This document shows, in pieces, positions 49,349-58,606 of a DNA stretch of 64,000 bases. The position numbers and the translations under genes are program-made. The stretch covers positions 10,463 through 74,462 of the forward strand of contig JAFTJZ010000085.1 of the NCBI GenBank assembly GCA_017456145.1, given 5' to 3'. The stretch's first letter is position 1. Every line of letters starts with the position of its first letter. The notes below the pieces were generated by a model. The model was not told the origin of the DNA. It saw nothing but the letters and a program-made list of their open reading frames with translations, and made no database searches. The DNA comes from Clostridia bacterium (GTDB taxonomy: Bacteria > Bacillota > Clostridia > Oscillospirales > CAG-272).

Positions 49349-49500
49349 TGAACAATAACCCATTTATAGTTAGAAAGTTTTGTTCGCACATACTTCATTC
49401 AACCTCCCCCCTCGCACCCAACGGACAGTTAAAAACGCCTGTCCCTACAAAACATACAAAACTTTGTTCGCACCATCCAAATCCCATACAAGGAACGCCT

Positions 49501-51498
49501 ATGTTACCAAAATTTCATTCCGACTGCGACCTTGCCGCCTGTGCGGTACAGATCCACAAACGTGTACAGGGAGAGGACGCATCCAATCTGGGTGCGTTCT
49601 CTTTTGGGACGGTTATCGAGCTTTCCGTGCACGTGCCGCGTGCACTCGGCAGCCGTGCCGTTGTGCTGCGCCTGATCCCCGACGACCTGCCCTGCGAGCT
49701 GCCAAAGGGAGAGACACCTCTGAGAAACGAGGAGGATGCCCCTTATACGGATTATCCGTTGACCTTTGCGGGAACAGAGGCTGCCGTGGACGAATACACC
49801 CTCACTCTTGACACCGCGACCCTTTGCGGCGACAGACAATGGGGGCTGTATTATTACGAGTTTCTCTTTTTGCGCGGGGCCGATACCCTGTTCACCGACA
49901 GCATCAATAACGTAGATTTTACCCTCTCGCGCGAGAGCGCGTCGCGTTTTCGCCTGCTCATCTGGGAGCCGACGTTTGACACACCGCATTGGTTCCGCGG
50001 CGGGGTGATGTACCATATTTTTGTCGATCGCTTTTGCCGCGGCGCAGGTCCCGTGACACTGCGCCGGGGCAGTGAGCTGGACGAGGATTGGGACGGCGGA
50101 AACGTCCAATACAACGCCTATCCCGGGGCACCACTGGCCAACAACCGATTCTTCGGCGGCAACCTGTGGGGCATAATCGAAAAGCTGGACATTTTGCAAG
50201 AGCGCGGCATAACGACACTCTACTTAAGCCCGATCTTTGATGCAGCCTCCAATCACAAATACGACACCGGCGACTATGAGACGGTCGATCCTTTCTTTGG
50301 CGGTGAGGCTGCGCTCAAGGCACTGCTGGCGGCGACGCGCAAGCGGGGGATGCACGTTATCCTTGACGGTGTCTTCAACCACACGGGCGATGACAGCCGT
50401 TATTTCAACCGCTACGGTCATTACAACGACCTGGGAGCCTACCAATCCCCGATGTCCAAATACGCGGATTGGTACTCCTTTTACAATTATCCCGACGAAT
50501 ATGAGTGCTGGTGGAACATTCCCATTCTCCCACGCCTTGACGGGAGAAAAGCCTCCGTGCGCGACTATTTCACCGCCGAGGGAGGCATCGCGCCTGCGCG
50601 GGTACGACAAGGCGTCTCGGGGTGGCGATTGGATGTTGCGGACGAGCTGACGGGAGATTTTCTCGATCAGCTGCGAGAGAACACCCACAAAGCCGGTATC
50701 TCCCGCGGCGAGCAGCCACTCCTGATCGGAGAAGTATGGGAAAATGCCGCGGACAAGGTCGCTTACGGCAAGCGCCGCCGCTACTTTGGCGGGCGACAGC
50801 TGGACAGCGTGATGAACTACCCCCTGCGCCAAGGAATCATCGCCCTCGCCCGTGATGGAGATGCGTCGCTGCTGTATAACACGCTGACAGAGCTGTACAG
50901 CTCCTACCCCACCCCCGTTTGTCACTGCTTGATGAACCTGCTCGGCACGCATGACACCGAGCGCATCATCACCGTGCTGGGCGACCCCGACGTAGGCGAT
51001 GACCGCACCAACGAGCAGCTGTCTGTCGCAAGATTGACCGAGGCACAATATGCTCTTGCCCGCGCGCGACTCAAGCTGGCAGCCACCGTGCTCTACACTG
51101 TTTTCGGTGTTCCCTCGGTTTTTTACGGAGACGAGGCAGGGCTGCAGGGGCATCATGATCCCTTCTGCCGTCTGCCCTACCCTTGGGGGCGAGAGGATGC
51201 CGAGCTGCTCGCACACTTCACGCATCTCGGTCAGCTGCGCGCTGAGCACTCCGTCTTTGCCGACGGAAATTTCCGCATTCTTTTCCACACCGACACAGCA
51301 CTTTTGTATGAACGCAGTAACCAACGTGAACGGATTCTTGTCGCGGTGAACGGCGCAGCGACTGCGCTCCACCTTCCCGCGGAATATACGACACCGTACA
51401 CGCTCTTATTCCCCTCCCGGAGGCCGGCAGCCCCCACGGAGGAACTGACCGTCCCCGCAGGTGAGGCTGTCATTCTCTTACGCGGAGGTACCTTATGA
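49501..51498 (+). CDS. GH13 alpha-amylase-family enzyme (neopullulanase/cyclomaltodextrinase-like)
   Basis: GH13 regions I-IV: VILDGVFNHTG, GWRLDVADEL, LIGEVWE and NLLGTHDTER. I chose the start at MLPKFHS (49501); the upstream extension runs through the repeat region. Confidence 0.85.
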   Translation: MLPKFHSDCDLAACAVQIHKRVQGEDASNLGAFSFGTVIELSVHVPRALGSRAVVLRLIPDDLPCELPKGETPLRNEEDAPYTDYPLTFAGTEAAVDEYTLTLDTATLCGDRQWGLYYYEFLFLRGADTLFTDSINNVDFTLSRESASRFRLLIWEPTFDTPHWFRGGVMYHIFVDRFCRGAGPVTLRRGSELDEDWDGGNVQYNAYPGAPLANNRFFGGNLWGIIEKLDILQERGITTLYLSPIFDAASNHKYDTGDYETVDPFFGGEAALKALLAATRKRGMHVILDGVFNHTGDDSRYFNRYGHYNDLGAYQSPMSKYADWYSFYNYPDEYECWWNIPILPRLDGRKASVRDYFTAEGGIAPARVRQGVSGWRLDVADELTGDFLDQLRENTHKAGISRGEQPLLIGEVWENAADKVAYGKRRRYFGGRQLDSVMNYPLRQGIIALARDGDASLLYNTLTELYSSYPTPVCHCLMNLLGTHDTERIITVLGDPDVGDDRTNEQLSVARLTEAQYALARARLKLAATVLYTVFGVPSVFYGDEAGLQGHHDPFCRLPYPWGREDAELLAHFTHLGQLRAEHSVFADGNFRILFHTDTALLYERSNQRERILVAVNGAATALHLPAEYTTPYTLLFPSRRPAAPTEELTVPAGEAVILLRGGTL

Positions 51499-52751
51499 CC
51501 TATCTGCACGCATTACAATATCTGGACGGGCAAGGGATGGAAGATCCTCCCGAGAATACGGGCAAGCCCCCCCGACGTTATGATCAGGGGGCATATACCA
51601 CTTATCGCAGCACTCTTTGCGCCACCGAGCCGCGGTTTCTTTATCTTCTGTTTGCCGCCGATCACCAAGGATTCCTATGTGCCGCCTACTGCCGCAGTGC
51701 TCTGATGGCGGCGGGGATCTGCGTCGGTGAGATCGGCGACCGTTCGTCGGGAGAGCTGTCCGAGGTACTGCGCATCAACGGTGCTCCCGTCTCTCCTGCC
51801 GTGCTGCGTGAGCTCTGTCACACCGCCCGCGCCACCGAGCAACGAATTTTGCGCAGTGCTGCCAAGGCTGCCGCCCTGCAGGAGAGCAACGATACTCCCA
51901 CCCACAGTGCCATCTTTCCCTTTGACGGTGCTCAGCGCTGCGCTGCGGTGCTCCCCCGTCTGTTTGCCGATGCGGGCTGCCGCGTGATCCTTCTCATCGG
52001 TAAGGTCACCGACCCACGGCTCCGCAGCCTTGCAAGCACCGCACCCGCCTGCGCGGTTGCGGTCCTGAGCGCAAGTGAGCACAAGCCGCTGCAAAAGTTC
52101 CCCGCTCAGATCGGAGAGGTCATCTGCCCCACCTGCAGCAGCACCGTCTTTCGGCGCGTGACCGACGCGTGCGCTCGCGCGGGCAGCCGCCTGACCCTGA
52201 CCGCCACCTCACATCTGAAACGAGAGCCCCCCTCTCCCTTTTCCCAGACCTTCTCTTATCGAACGCTTTCCTCTTGTACGCTGCGCTGCGGCACCACGCA
52301 CGCACTGCGTACCGCCATGCTGGCGATGGAGGCCTTGCGCTCGCTGGAGCGTCTTGGCTGCGCAGTCTCCCCACAAGCCATGCGCCAAGGGTTCGGTTCG
52401 GTCAGCCTGCCCTTGCTCTTCTCCCCGCTCTCCATCCGCCCCTTGCTGATCGCCCATGCGATTCATGATGAGGATGATATCGACACACTGCAGCAAACGT
52501 TGGAGGAATTTGACCATGCTCTTCCCCACCCGCGAATGCTGTTGTGCGACGAATCCTTGTCCGATGCCGAGTGTGATCGTCTTGCCGCGCTCGGTACACC
52601 GATCTCGCTGCGCGAGTCGGCCTTGCCGGATGCGCTGATCCCCCGAGACATCACAGACGGTGCGCCGACACCGACCTACATTTTGCTGGGAAAACAGCAC
52701 GCGCTGGAGCGCAGAATCGCGCTGTGGGAGCAAAAACTTCGCCCGCTTTGA
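51495..52751 (+). CDS. FolC/Mur-ligase-fold protein with degenerate nucleotide-binding motifs
   Basis: The N-terminus MTYLHALQYL and the stretch AAGICVGEIGDRSSGELSEVLRINGAPVSPAVL align by eye with the FolC pattern AGY.VG.YTSPHL..F.ERI.ING.PIS...L. However, the P-loop GTNGKGS is replaced by AADHQGF and DGAHN by AHAIHD. Its ATG overlaps the GH13 stop (ATGA). Confidence 0.45.
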   Translation: MTYLHALQYLDGQGMEDPPENTGKPPRRYDQGAYTTYRSTLCATEPRFLYLLFAADHQGFLCAAYCRSALMAAGICVGEIGDRSSGELSEVLRINGAPVSPAVLRELCHTARATEQRILRSAAKAAALQESNDTPTHSAIFPFDGAQRCAAVLPRLFADAGCRVILLIGKVTDPRLRSLASTAPACAVAVLSASEHKPLQKFPAQIGEVICPTCSSTVFRRVTDACARAGSRLTLTATSHLKREPPSPFSQTFSYRTLSSCTLRCGTTHALRTAMLAMEALRSLERLGCAVSPQAMRQGFGSVSLPLLFSPLSIRPLLIAHAIHDEDDIDTLQQTLEEFDHALPHPRMLLCDESLSDAECDRLAALGTPISLRESALPDALIPRDITDGAPTPTYILLGKQHALERRIALWEQKLRPL

Positions 52752-52956
52752 TAAAAGATCCTTCTTTTTTCCAAAAATAAGCGCCAAAATGCGAGAAAAA
52801 CGTAATTTTTCTGTAAATTTTTCGATTTTTTTGCATAAAACCCTTTTCTTTTGCAGAGTTTTAGTATATAATAGAAGGTAGAGAGGGCAGAGTGTGCCGT
52901 GATTTGCGGCAGTGCGCTGTCTCATTCATGAAATTTTGATATGGAGGAAGTTACGT

Positions 52957-53604
52957 ATGCAAAAGTATAAGTTGTCCATAGCTGACCTTGACATCAACGT
53001 CAGCACCACCGAGGCTCCTGATATGGTACATACCCTTGAGGGTATGGTCGACCGCCGTATCCGCGAGATCGTTTCCAAAAGCCCCCGCTGCTCCAAGAGT
53101 GAGGCAGCAATCCTCTGCGCACTGGATTACTGCGCCGACAGCATCAAAGGCGAGACCAAGACTCGCGATATGGAGCATGAGTATGTAAGAATGTCTCGCT
53201 CTTTGGAAGAGCTGAAAAAGGAATACGAGGCCATGAGTGCCGAGCTCGAAAAGCTCCGCCGTGAGAACGCCGTCATGAGCGACATTCTCTCTAAGGCTGC
53301 AGCACCCGCCACCGATACCGCGCAGACCCCCGCCGAGGAGCCCGCGGCCGCCAAGGCTGAGGGAATCGGCGAGCAGATCGCGCTGGATCTTCCCACCCCC
53401 GATACCGAGAGCACCGAGAGCAGCGCGACAGAGGACGTCACACCGCCCGCTGCAACCGAGGTCATGTTTGAAGGCGAGCACACCGAGGAATCTGCCAAGC
53501 CCGCCAAGAAGACCACCCGTCGTTCGGGGCGTTCCAAGGTGACTGCAACCAGCAAAAGCAAGGTCGGCGATATGTTCGATATGCTGACCTTCAAGGATGT
53601 CTGA
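52957..53604 (+). CDS. zapA: Cell division protein ZapA with a long low-complexity C-terminal extension
   Basis: YKLSIADLDINVSTTEAPDMVHTLEGMVDRRIREI, then a coiled coil (LEELKKEYEAMSAELEKLRREN). GGAGGA ribosome-binding site at 52943. Confidence 0.75.
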   Translation: MQKYKLSIADLDINVSTTEAPDMVHTLEGMVDRRIREIVSKSPRCSKSEAAILCALDYCADSIKGETKTRDMEHEYVRMSRSLEELKKEYEAMSAELEKLRRENAVMSDILSKAAAPATDTAQTPAEEPAAAKAEGIGEQIALDLPTPDTESTESSATEDVTPPAATEVMFEGEHTEESAKPAKKTTRRSGRSKVTATSKSKVGDMFDMLTFKDV

Positions 53605-55720
53605 TACGTTACGTGTCGCCTCCCCAAATACCATCGTTTCCGACGCAGAACGCTCGGCACCACAGCTGCCCGAGCTGCTCTGCCCCGTCGGCTCTCCTTT
53701 TGCGCTTGACGCGGCGATCGAAGGGGGAGCCGACGCGCTTTATCTGGGAGGCAGCACGTTCAACGCGCGCATGAATGCCGCCAATTTTGACGACGGACAG
53801 CTCAAGGATGCCGTTCGCCGCGCCCATGCTTATGGGGTCAAGGTCTACCAGACCATGAATACACTTGTGTACGATCGCGAGCGCAAGGAATATCTGCGTG
53901 CGGCCGAGATGGCTGCCAAGATTGGCGTGGACGCACTGATCTTGGCGGATCTCGGCGGTGCTGCCGAGATCCATCGTGCGCTCCCCGAGCTTACCCTACA
54001 CGCCTCGACGCAGATGAGCGCTCATAATGCCGATGCGGGCTTTCGCTTAGCCGAGCTGGGCTTTAGCCGCATGGTCGTGGCGCGAGAGCTATGCCGCGAG
54101 GATCTGACCCGCATCGTTGCCCGCTCTCCGATCGAGATCGAGGCGTTTATTCACGGTGCGCTGTGCGTTTGCCACTCGGGGCAGTGCTTGTTTTCTTCGC
54201 TGGTCGGCGGTCGCAGCGGCAACCGAGGAGAATGTGCCCAGCCCTGCCGACTGCCTTACCGCGCCGCGGCAGGCAGCAAGGAGAGCTACCCGCTCTCGCT
54301 CAAGGATCTGTCGCTCGCTGCCCACGTGCCCGCACTGCTGGAAACGGGAGTTGCATCCCTGAAGATCGAAGGTCGCATGAAATCGCCCGCTTACGTTCTG
54401 ACCGTTACCCGCATCTGGCGGCGCCTTCTGGACGAGCGCCGCGCTGCCACCGAGGACGAAATGCGCGCGCTTGCCGACGCCTTCTCCCGCGGAGGCTTTA
54501 CCGATGGCTATTTTACCCGTCGCCTTGGCCACTCCATGCTGGGCGTACGCTCGGCGCAGGATAAAATGCAAAGCGCACAAAGCGCTCCTGCTTTTGATAA
54601 GATCACCCGCACCGTCCCGATGGAGCTTTCGGTAAGCATCCGCGCAAGGGTGCCTATGTGTGCCACGGCAAGTGCGGCAGGGCGCACGGTCACGGTCACG
54701 GGCGCCGTTCCCGAGGTGGCAAGGACCGCACCAACCACAAAAGAATTGCTGCTGCGCCAGTTTTCCAAGCTCGGCGGCACCCCATACACGCTGCATCACG
54801 CTGAATTTGATCTGGAGGACGGTGTCATGGTTCCCGTCGGCGCGCTCAACGAGCTGCGCCGTGCCACGGTCGATGCGCTGATGGCAGAGCCTCCCCGCCC
54901 TGCCACCCCCGCTACGCCCACACCGCCGCTGCCGCAGCCCACACAAGGGCGCGCTGATGTCCTCCAAGAGCGCACGGCGCGATTTGCCCGCGCCGCACAG
55001 ATCACAGATCATGCATTGCACACGTTCGATATTTGTTATCTGCCGCTGCATCTGCTCATTGCATCTCCCGACCTGATTGGGCGTGCCGAGGCGGTAGGTA
55101 AGCCGCTCGGTGTCCTCTTGCCCGAGGTCATTACCGAGTGCGAGCTGCCCATCGTTGCGGCTATGCTTGACAAGGCGCGTGCGCTCGGTGTCTGTCGTGC
55201 CATGGTCGGCAATCTCGGACATCTGCACCTTGCGCAGGAGCGCGGCATGATCGCAGACGGTGATTTCCGTCTCAACGTAACCAATACGCAAAGCGCGGCG
55301 GTGCTGCACGACATGGGGCTATCCACGCTGCTGCTCTCACCCGAGCTGACGCTGCCGCAGATCCGCGATATCCGCGGGGCGGTGCGAACCATCGTATATG
55401 GCCGCATTCCGCTGATGATCCTTGAAAAATGCGCCACGCACGAGCTGTATTCCTGCAAGGTGTGCGACGCGGGAGATGCCGTCCTGATTGACCGCAGGGG
55501 AGTACAGTTTCCCCTTGGTCGTGCCTACGATCACCGGACCCTGATCTATAATTCCACCCCGACTTATATGGCAGACCGCGCCGATGCGATGGAAAAATAT
55601 CGGATCGGCGGTCAGCATTTTCTCTTCACCACGGAAACGCCCGGCGAGGTCGATGCAATTCTGCGCGCTTATGAGAAAAAAGCACCTGCTACCGTTCCCA
55701 TTCGCAGGATCGGCATATAA
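53597..55720 (+). CDS. U32-family peptidase (long form)
   Basis: PELLCPVGSPFALDAAIEGGADALYLGG and the U32 signature EAFIHGALCVCHSGQCLFSS...GNRGECAQPCR. It overlaps the zapA stop. Confidence 0.88.
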   Translation: MSDTLRVASPNTIVSDAERSAPQLPELLCPVGSPFALDAAIEGGADALYLGGSTFNARMNAANFDDGQLKDAVRRAHAYGVKVYQTMNTLVYDRERKEYLRAAEMAAKIGVDALILADLGGAAEIHRALPELTLHASTQMSAHNADAGFRLAELGFSRMVVARELCREDLTRIVARSPIEIEAFIHGALCVCHSGQCLFSSLVGGRSGNRGECAQPCRLPYRAAAGSKESYPLSLKDLSLAAHVPALLETGVASLKIEGRMKSPAYVLTVTRIWRRLLDERRAATEDEMRALADAFSRGGFTDGYFTRRLGHSMLGVRSAQDKMQSAQSAPAFDKITRTVPMELSVSIRARVPMCATASAAGRTVTVTGAVPEVARTAPTTKELLLRQFSKLGGTPYTLHHAEFDLEDGVMVPVGALNELRRATVDALMAEPPRPATPATPTPPLPQPTQGRADVLQERTARFARAAQITDHALHTFDICYLPLHLLIASPDLIGRAEAVGKPLGVLLPEVITECELPIVAAMLDKARALGVCRAMVGNLGHLHLAQERGMIADGDFRLNVTNTQSAAVLHDMGLSTLLLSPELTLPQIRDIRGAVRTIVYGRIPLMILEKCATHELYSCKVCDAGDAVLIDRRGVQFPLGRAYDHRTLIYNSTPTYMADRADAMEKYRIGGQHFLFTTETPGEVDAILRAYEKKAPATVPIRRIGI

Positions 55721-55965
55721 AGGCAGCCTCCAATGTTATATCCGGTCGTGCGCCTGAACCGCATTTCCGATGACGTTGCCGCACGCTTTTTCGCGCTGTG
55801 CGACACGCTCTGTTCCGGGATTTCCATACCCTGCACCTGCTGACTCCGACACGCTCACATCGTAAGCATGCATAAATTTTATAAAAATTTTTCTCCCGCT
55901 GTATAAATCCCGCTCTCATGGCAAAAATAGTAACAAAGCCCAATGAGAAAAGGAGCAAAAAAATT

Positions 55966-56781
55966 ATGTGGGAAAAATTCAAAAACAGCCGTTTTGTCAT
56001 GCACGTGCGGAATTCACGTGCCGTCTACGTCACCATTCTGACGCTCATCCTCGCTCTGTCGGTGCTCGTCACCGTAACTGCCATCTCAAACCGCGCTAAA
56101 AAAGATCAGGCGCAGGACGGCACGAACAATGCACAGGATGCCGAGCAGGACAATGACAACACCAACTCCGGAAGCAATCAAAACAGCACCGGCGGCCCCT
56201 CTGCTGTCCTGCCCGACAACCCTGACGGCAAGGATCAGAATACGCAGGGCGGCAGCGAGCAGACCGGGGGCGACAGCTCCTCGGCAGATGCGGCAAATTC
56301 CGTTCCCGAAATGGCTCTGCCTGTCTCAGGCATTGTCGCCAAGGGATATGATTCCACGCTGCAGGTCTACTCCACCACCATGGGGGATTACCGCATCCAT
56401 CTGGGTCTGGATATGACCACCGCGGATGCTGCCCCCGTTCTGGCAGCTGCTGACGGCGTAGTGTCGCAGATCTGGGACGATACGATGATGGGAAAGTGTG
56501 TTGCCATTTCACACACCGGCGATTGCTATACCATCTACAAGAATCTCAACCCCACGCTGCCTGAGGACATTGCCGTGGGCAGTGAGATCAGCGCGGGCGA
56601 TTGCATCGGCTACGTGGGACAGAGTGCTGTGCTGGAGCTGGCCGAGGAGCCGCACCTGCACTTTGAAATGACGGTCGGCGGCCTTTCCGTGGATCCGCTG
56701 GAATATTTCAGTGAGCAGGCCATGACAGAGCTCTCCGCTGCTGAGGATGCAACGGAGACCTCGGCTACCCCCGTCGAATAA
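55966..56781 (+). CDS. M23/LytM-family metallopeptidase with N-terminal TM anchor (possibly SpoIIQ-like)
   Basis: HLGLDM (HxxxD) and HLHFEM (HxH) motifs. One TM segment (VYVTILTLILALSVLVTV) followed by a low-complexity linker. AAAGGAG ribosome-binding site. Confidence 0.8.
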   Translation: MWEKFKNSRFVMHVRNSRAVYVTILTLILALSVLVTVTAISNRAKKDQAQDGTNNAQDAEQDNDNTNSGSNQNSTGGPSAVLPDNPDGKDQNTQGGSEQTGGDSSSADAANSVPEMALPVSGIVAKGYDSTLQVYSTTMGDYRIHLGLDMTTADAAPVLAAADGVVSQIWDDTMMGKCVAISHTGDCYTIYKNLNPTLPEDIAVGSEISAGDCIGYVGQSAVLELAEEPHLHFEMTVGGLSVDPLEYFSEQAMTELSAAEDATETSATPVE

Positions 56782-56793
56782 TCGGCGCAAAGA

Positions 56794-57076
56794 CCGGGTA
56801 GATTCAAATGCGAAAAATGCATTTGAATCTACCCGGCGTTTTTGCTTTGCGGCTGAACACCGCAATTTTTGCCTGCTTTGCAGGCAAAAAACGCAAATTC
56901 CGCACGGTAAAAAGCTTACCGCCGGCTTTTTGCGCAGGGGGAGTTTCAAATGCGAAAAATGCATTTGAATCTACCCGGCGTTTTTACTTTGCGGCTGAAC
57001 ACCGCAATTTTTGCCTGCTTTGCAGGCAAAAAACGCAAATTCCGCACGGTAAAAAAGTCTACCACCGGCTTTTTTT
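56794..57076 (+). repeat. Structured intergenic repeat, family 1, two tandem 142-bp units
   Basis: Direct repeat with period 142 (TTCAAATGCGAAAAATGC at 56803 and 56945). Each unit has three hairpins: CCGGGTAGATTCAAATGC/GCATTTGAATCTACCCGG followed by a T-run, TTTTGCCTGC/GCAGGCAAAA, and GGTAA/TTACC. It starts 13 nt after the M23 stop. Confidence 0.85.
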
Positions 57077-57187
57077 CGCAGTGGCTGCGCGAATGACGCG
57101 GCTCCGTTTTTTTTCAAAACCCCGTTGCATTTTCGGCTGTGTTGTGCTATAATAGGGAAAATATTTCAGCACAGGAGGCCGTTGCCC

Positions 57188-58438
57188 ATGAGTACGCCTA
57201 ACTTCAAGCGAACCAAATACGCCTGTTATTTTGCCTATCTTGCCATGTCCTCGGTATTCAGTCTGCCGCCCATACTCTTTATGACCTTCCGAGAGATGTA
57301 CGGCATCTCTTACACCTTGCTTGGCACGCTGGTTTTAGTCAATTTCACGACCCAGTTGACCGTCGATCTGATCTTCACCTTTTTCTCCAAGCATTTCAAC
57401 ATAAAAAAGGTGATTCGCGTCATGCCGCTGATCACCAGCACGGGACTTTTGATCTACGCGCTGATCCCCACCATTTTTCCGCAATATGCATACGCCGGGC
57501 TGGTCGCGGGAACCTTCGTCTTTTCGATTGCCGCCGGTCTTAGCGAGGTGTTACTCAGCCCCGTGATCGCCGCTCTCCCGTCCGATAATCCCGAGAGAGA
57601 TATGAGCATGCTGCACTCGCTCTACGCTTACGGTGTTCTGATGGTGGTCTGTGTCAGCACTGCCTTTTTGTGGCTCTTCGGCAACGAAAATTGGATGTAC
57701 ATTACCTTGTTCTGGGCAGCACTTCCCATCGTTTGCAGCGTTCTGTTTTTCCTCTCCCCCATTCCCGACATGAATCTTTCCCACGAAAGCACCACCCCCG
57801 ACACCGCCAAAAAGCGCACCTTCGCGCTGTTTTTATGTGTAATGTGCATTTTCCTTGGCAGCGCCGCCGAAAACGCCATGACCAACTGGATCTCGGGCTT
57901 TGTCGAAAGTGCGCTGCAGATCCCCAAGGTGTGGGGAGATATTTTGGGACTTGCGCTGTTTGCCGTACTGCTGGGGCTGACCCGTACATGGTACGCAAAA
58001 TACGGAAAGAACATCACCACTGTGCTGCTATTGGGCATGATCGGGGCGACCTGCTGTTATTTGGTGGCGGGACTTTCCAACACCCCCATTCTCTCATTGA
58101 TCGCCTGTATTCTGACGGGTATTTTCACCTCGATGCTCTGGCCCGGTACGCTGATCATGATGGAAGAAAACATTCCCCACGTTGCCGTAACCGCATATGC
58201 GCTGATGGCAGCGGGCGGCGATTTCGGCGCATCGGTCGCACCGCAGATGCTGGGAATTGTGGTAGACCATGTGGCTGTCTCCGATTGGGCAGCGCAGATG
58301 AGTGCCACGCTTTCGATCACACCGGAGCAATTCGGGCTGAAGGTTGGTATGCTGACTGCGGTGATCTTCCCGCTGCTCGGTACGTTCCTTTTGATCTATG
58401 TCAAGAGATATTTCAAAAAGCAAAAGCAGATGCAATAA
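57188..58438 (+). CDS. MFS transporter
   Basis: Start at MSTPNFKRTKY, with GGAGG upstream. About 12 hydrophobic helices. Confidence 0.75.
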   Translation: MSTPNFKRTKYACYFAYLAMSSVFSLPPILFMTFREMYGISYTLLGTLVLVNFTTQLTVDLIFTFFSKHFNIKKVIRVMPLITSTGLLIYALIPTIFPQYAYAGLVAGTFVFSIAAGLSEVLLSPVIAALPSDNPERDMSMLHSLYAYGVLMVVCVSTAFLWLFGNENWMYITLFWAALPIVCSVLFFLSPIPDMNLSHESTTPDTAKKRTFALFLCVMCIFLGSAAENAMTNWISGFVESALQIPKVWGDILGLALFAVLLGLTRTWYAKYGKNITTVLLLGMIGATCCYLVAGLSNTPILSLIACILTGIFTSMLWPGTLIMMEENIPHVAVTAYALMAAGGDFGASVAPQMLGIVVDHVAVSDWAAQMSATLSITPEQFGLKVGMLTAVIFPLLGTFLLIYVKRYFKKQKQMQ

Positions 58439-58443
58439 AAAAG

Positions 58444-58483
58444 AACCGATGGACGCTCTGATATGAGAGTCCGTCGGTTTTTG
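58444..58483 (+). terminator. Intrinsic terminator of the MFS gene
   Basis: AACCGATGGAC...GTCCGTCGGTT (11-bp stem with one G-U pair) followed by TTTT. Confidence 0.6.
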
Positions 58484-58606
58484 CCGGGGAGATGAATTTG
58501 ATTGTGTAAAACTTTCTAACTATTGTTGATTTTTTTATTTCTTTGTCACACGGCAAAGAAATAGGCAAGAGGCAGCGTGGTTTCACCTTGCATTCAACGC
58601 GGTCGA

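Noticed and set aside
49094-49363. An 89-aa minus-strand ORF and the N-terminal extension (49348-49500) of the GH13 ORF
   Set aside because: Both run through the palindrome-dense spacer, lack a ribosome-binding site, and encode repeat-derived peptides. GH13 homology only begins after the Met at 49501.
56794-57076. Could the tandem repeat be a CRISPR array?
   Set aside because: There are only two units, they are directly abutting with no unique spacers, the unit is 142 bp rather than 24-48 bp, and there are no cas genes in the window.
56509-57152. Small ORFs (151 aa minus, 114 aa plus, 73 aa plus) spanning the tandem repeat
   Set aside because: They read through palindromic repeat units (the same peptide MRKMHLNLPGVF appears twice) and have no ribosome-binding site. 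They are by-products of the repeat.
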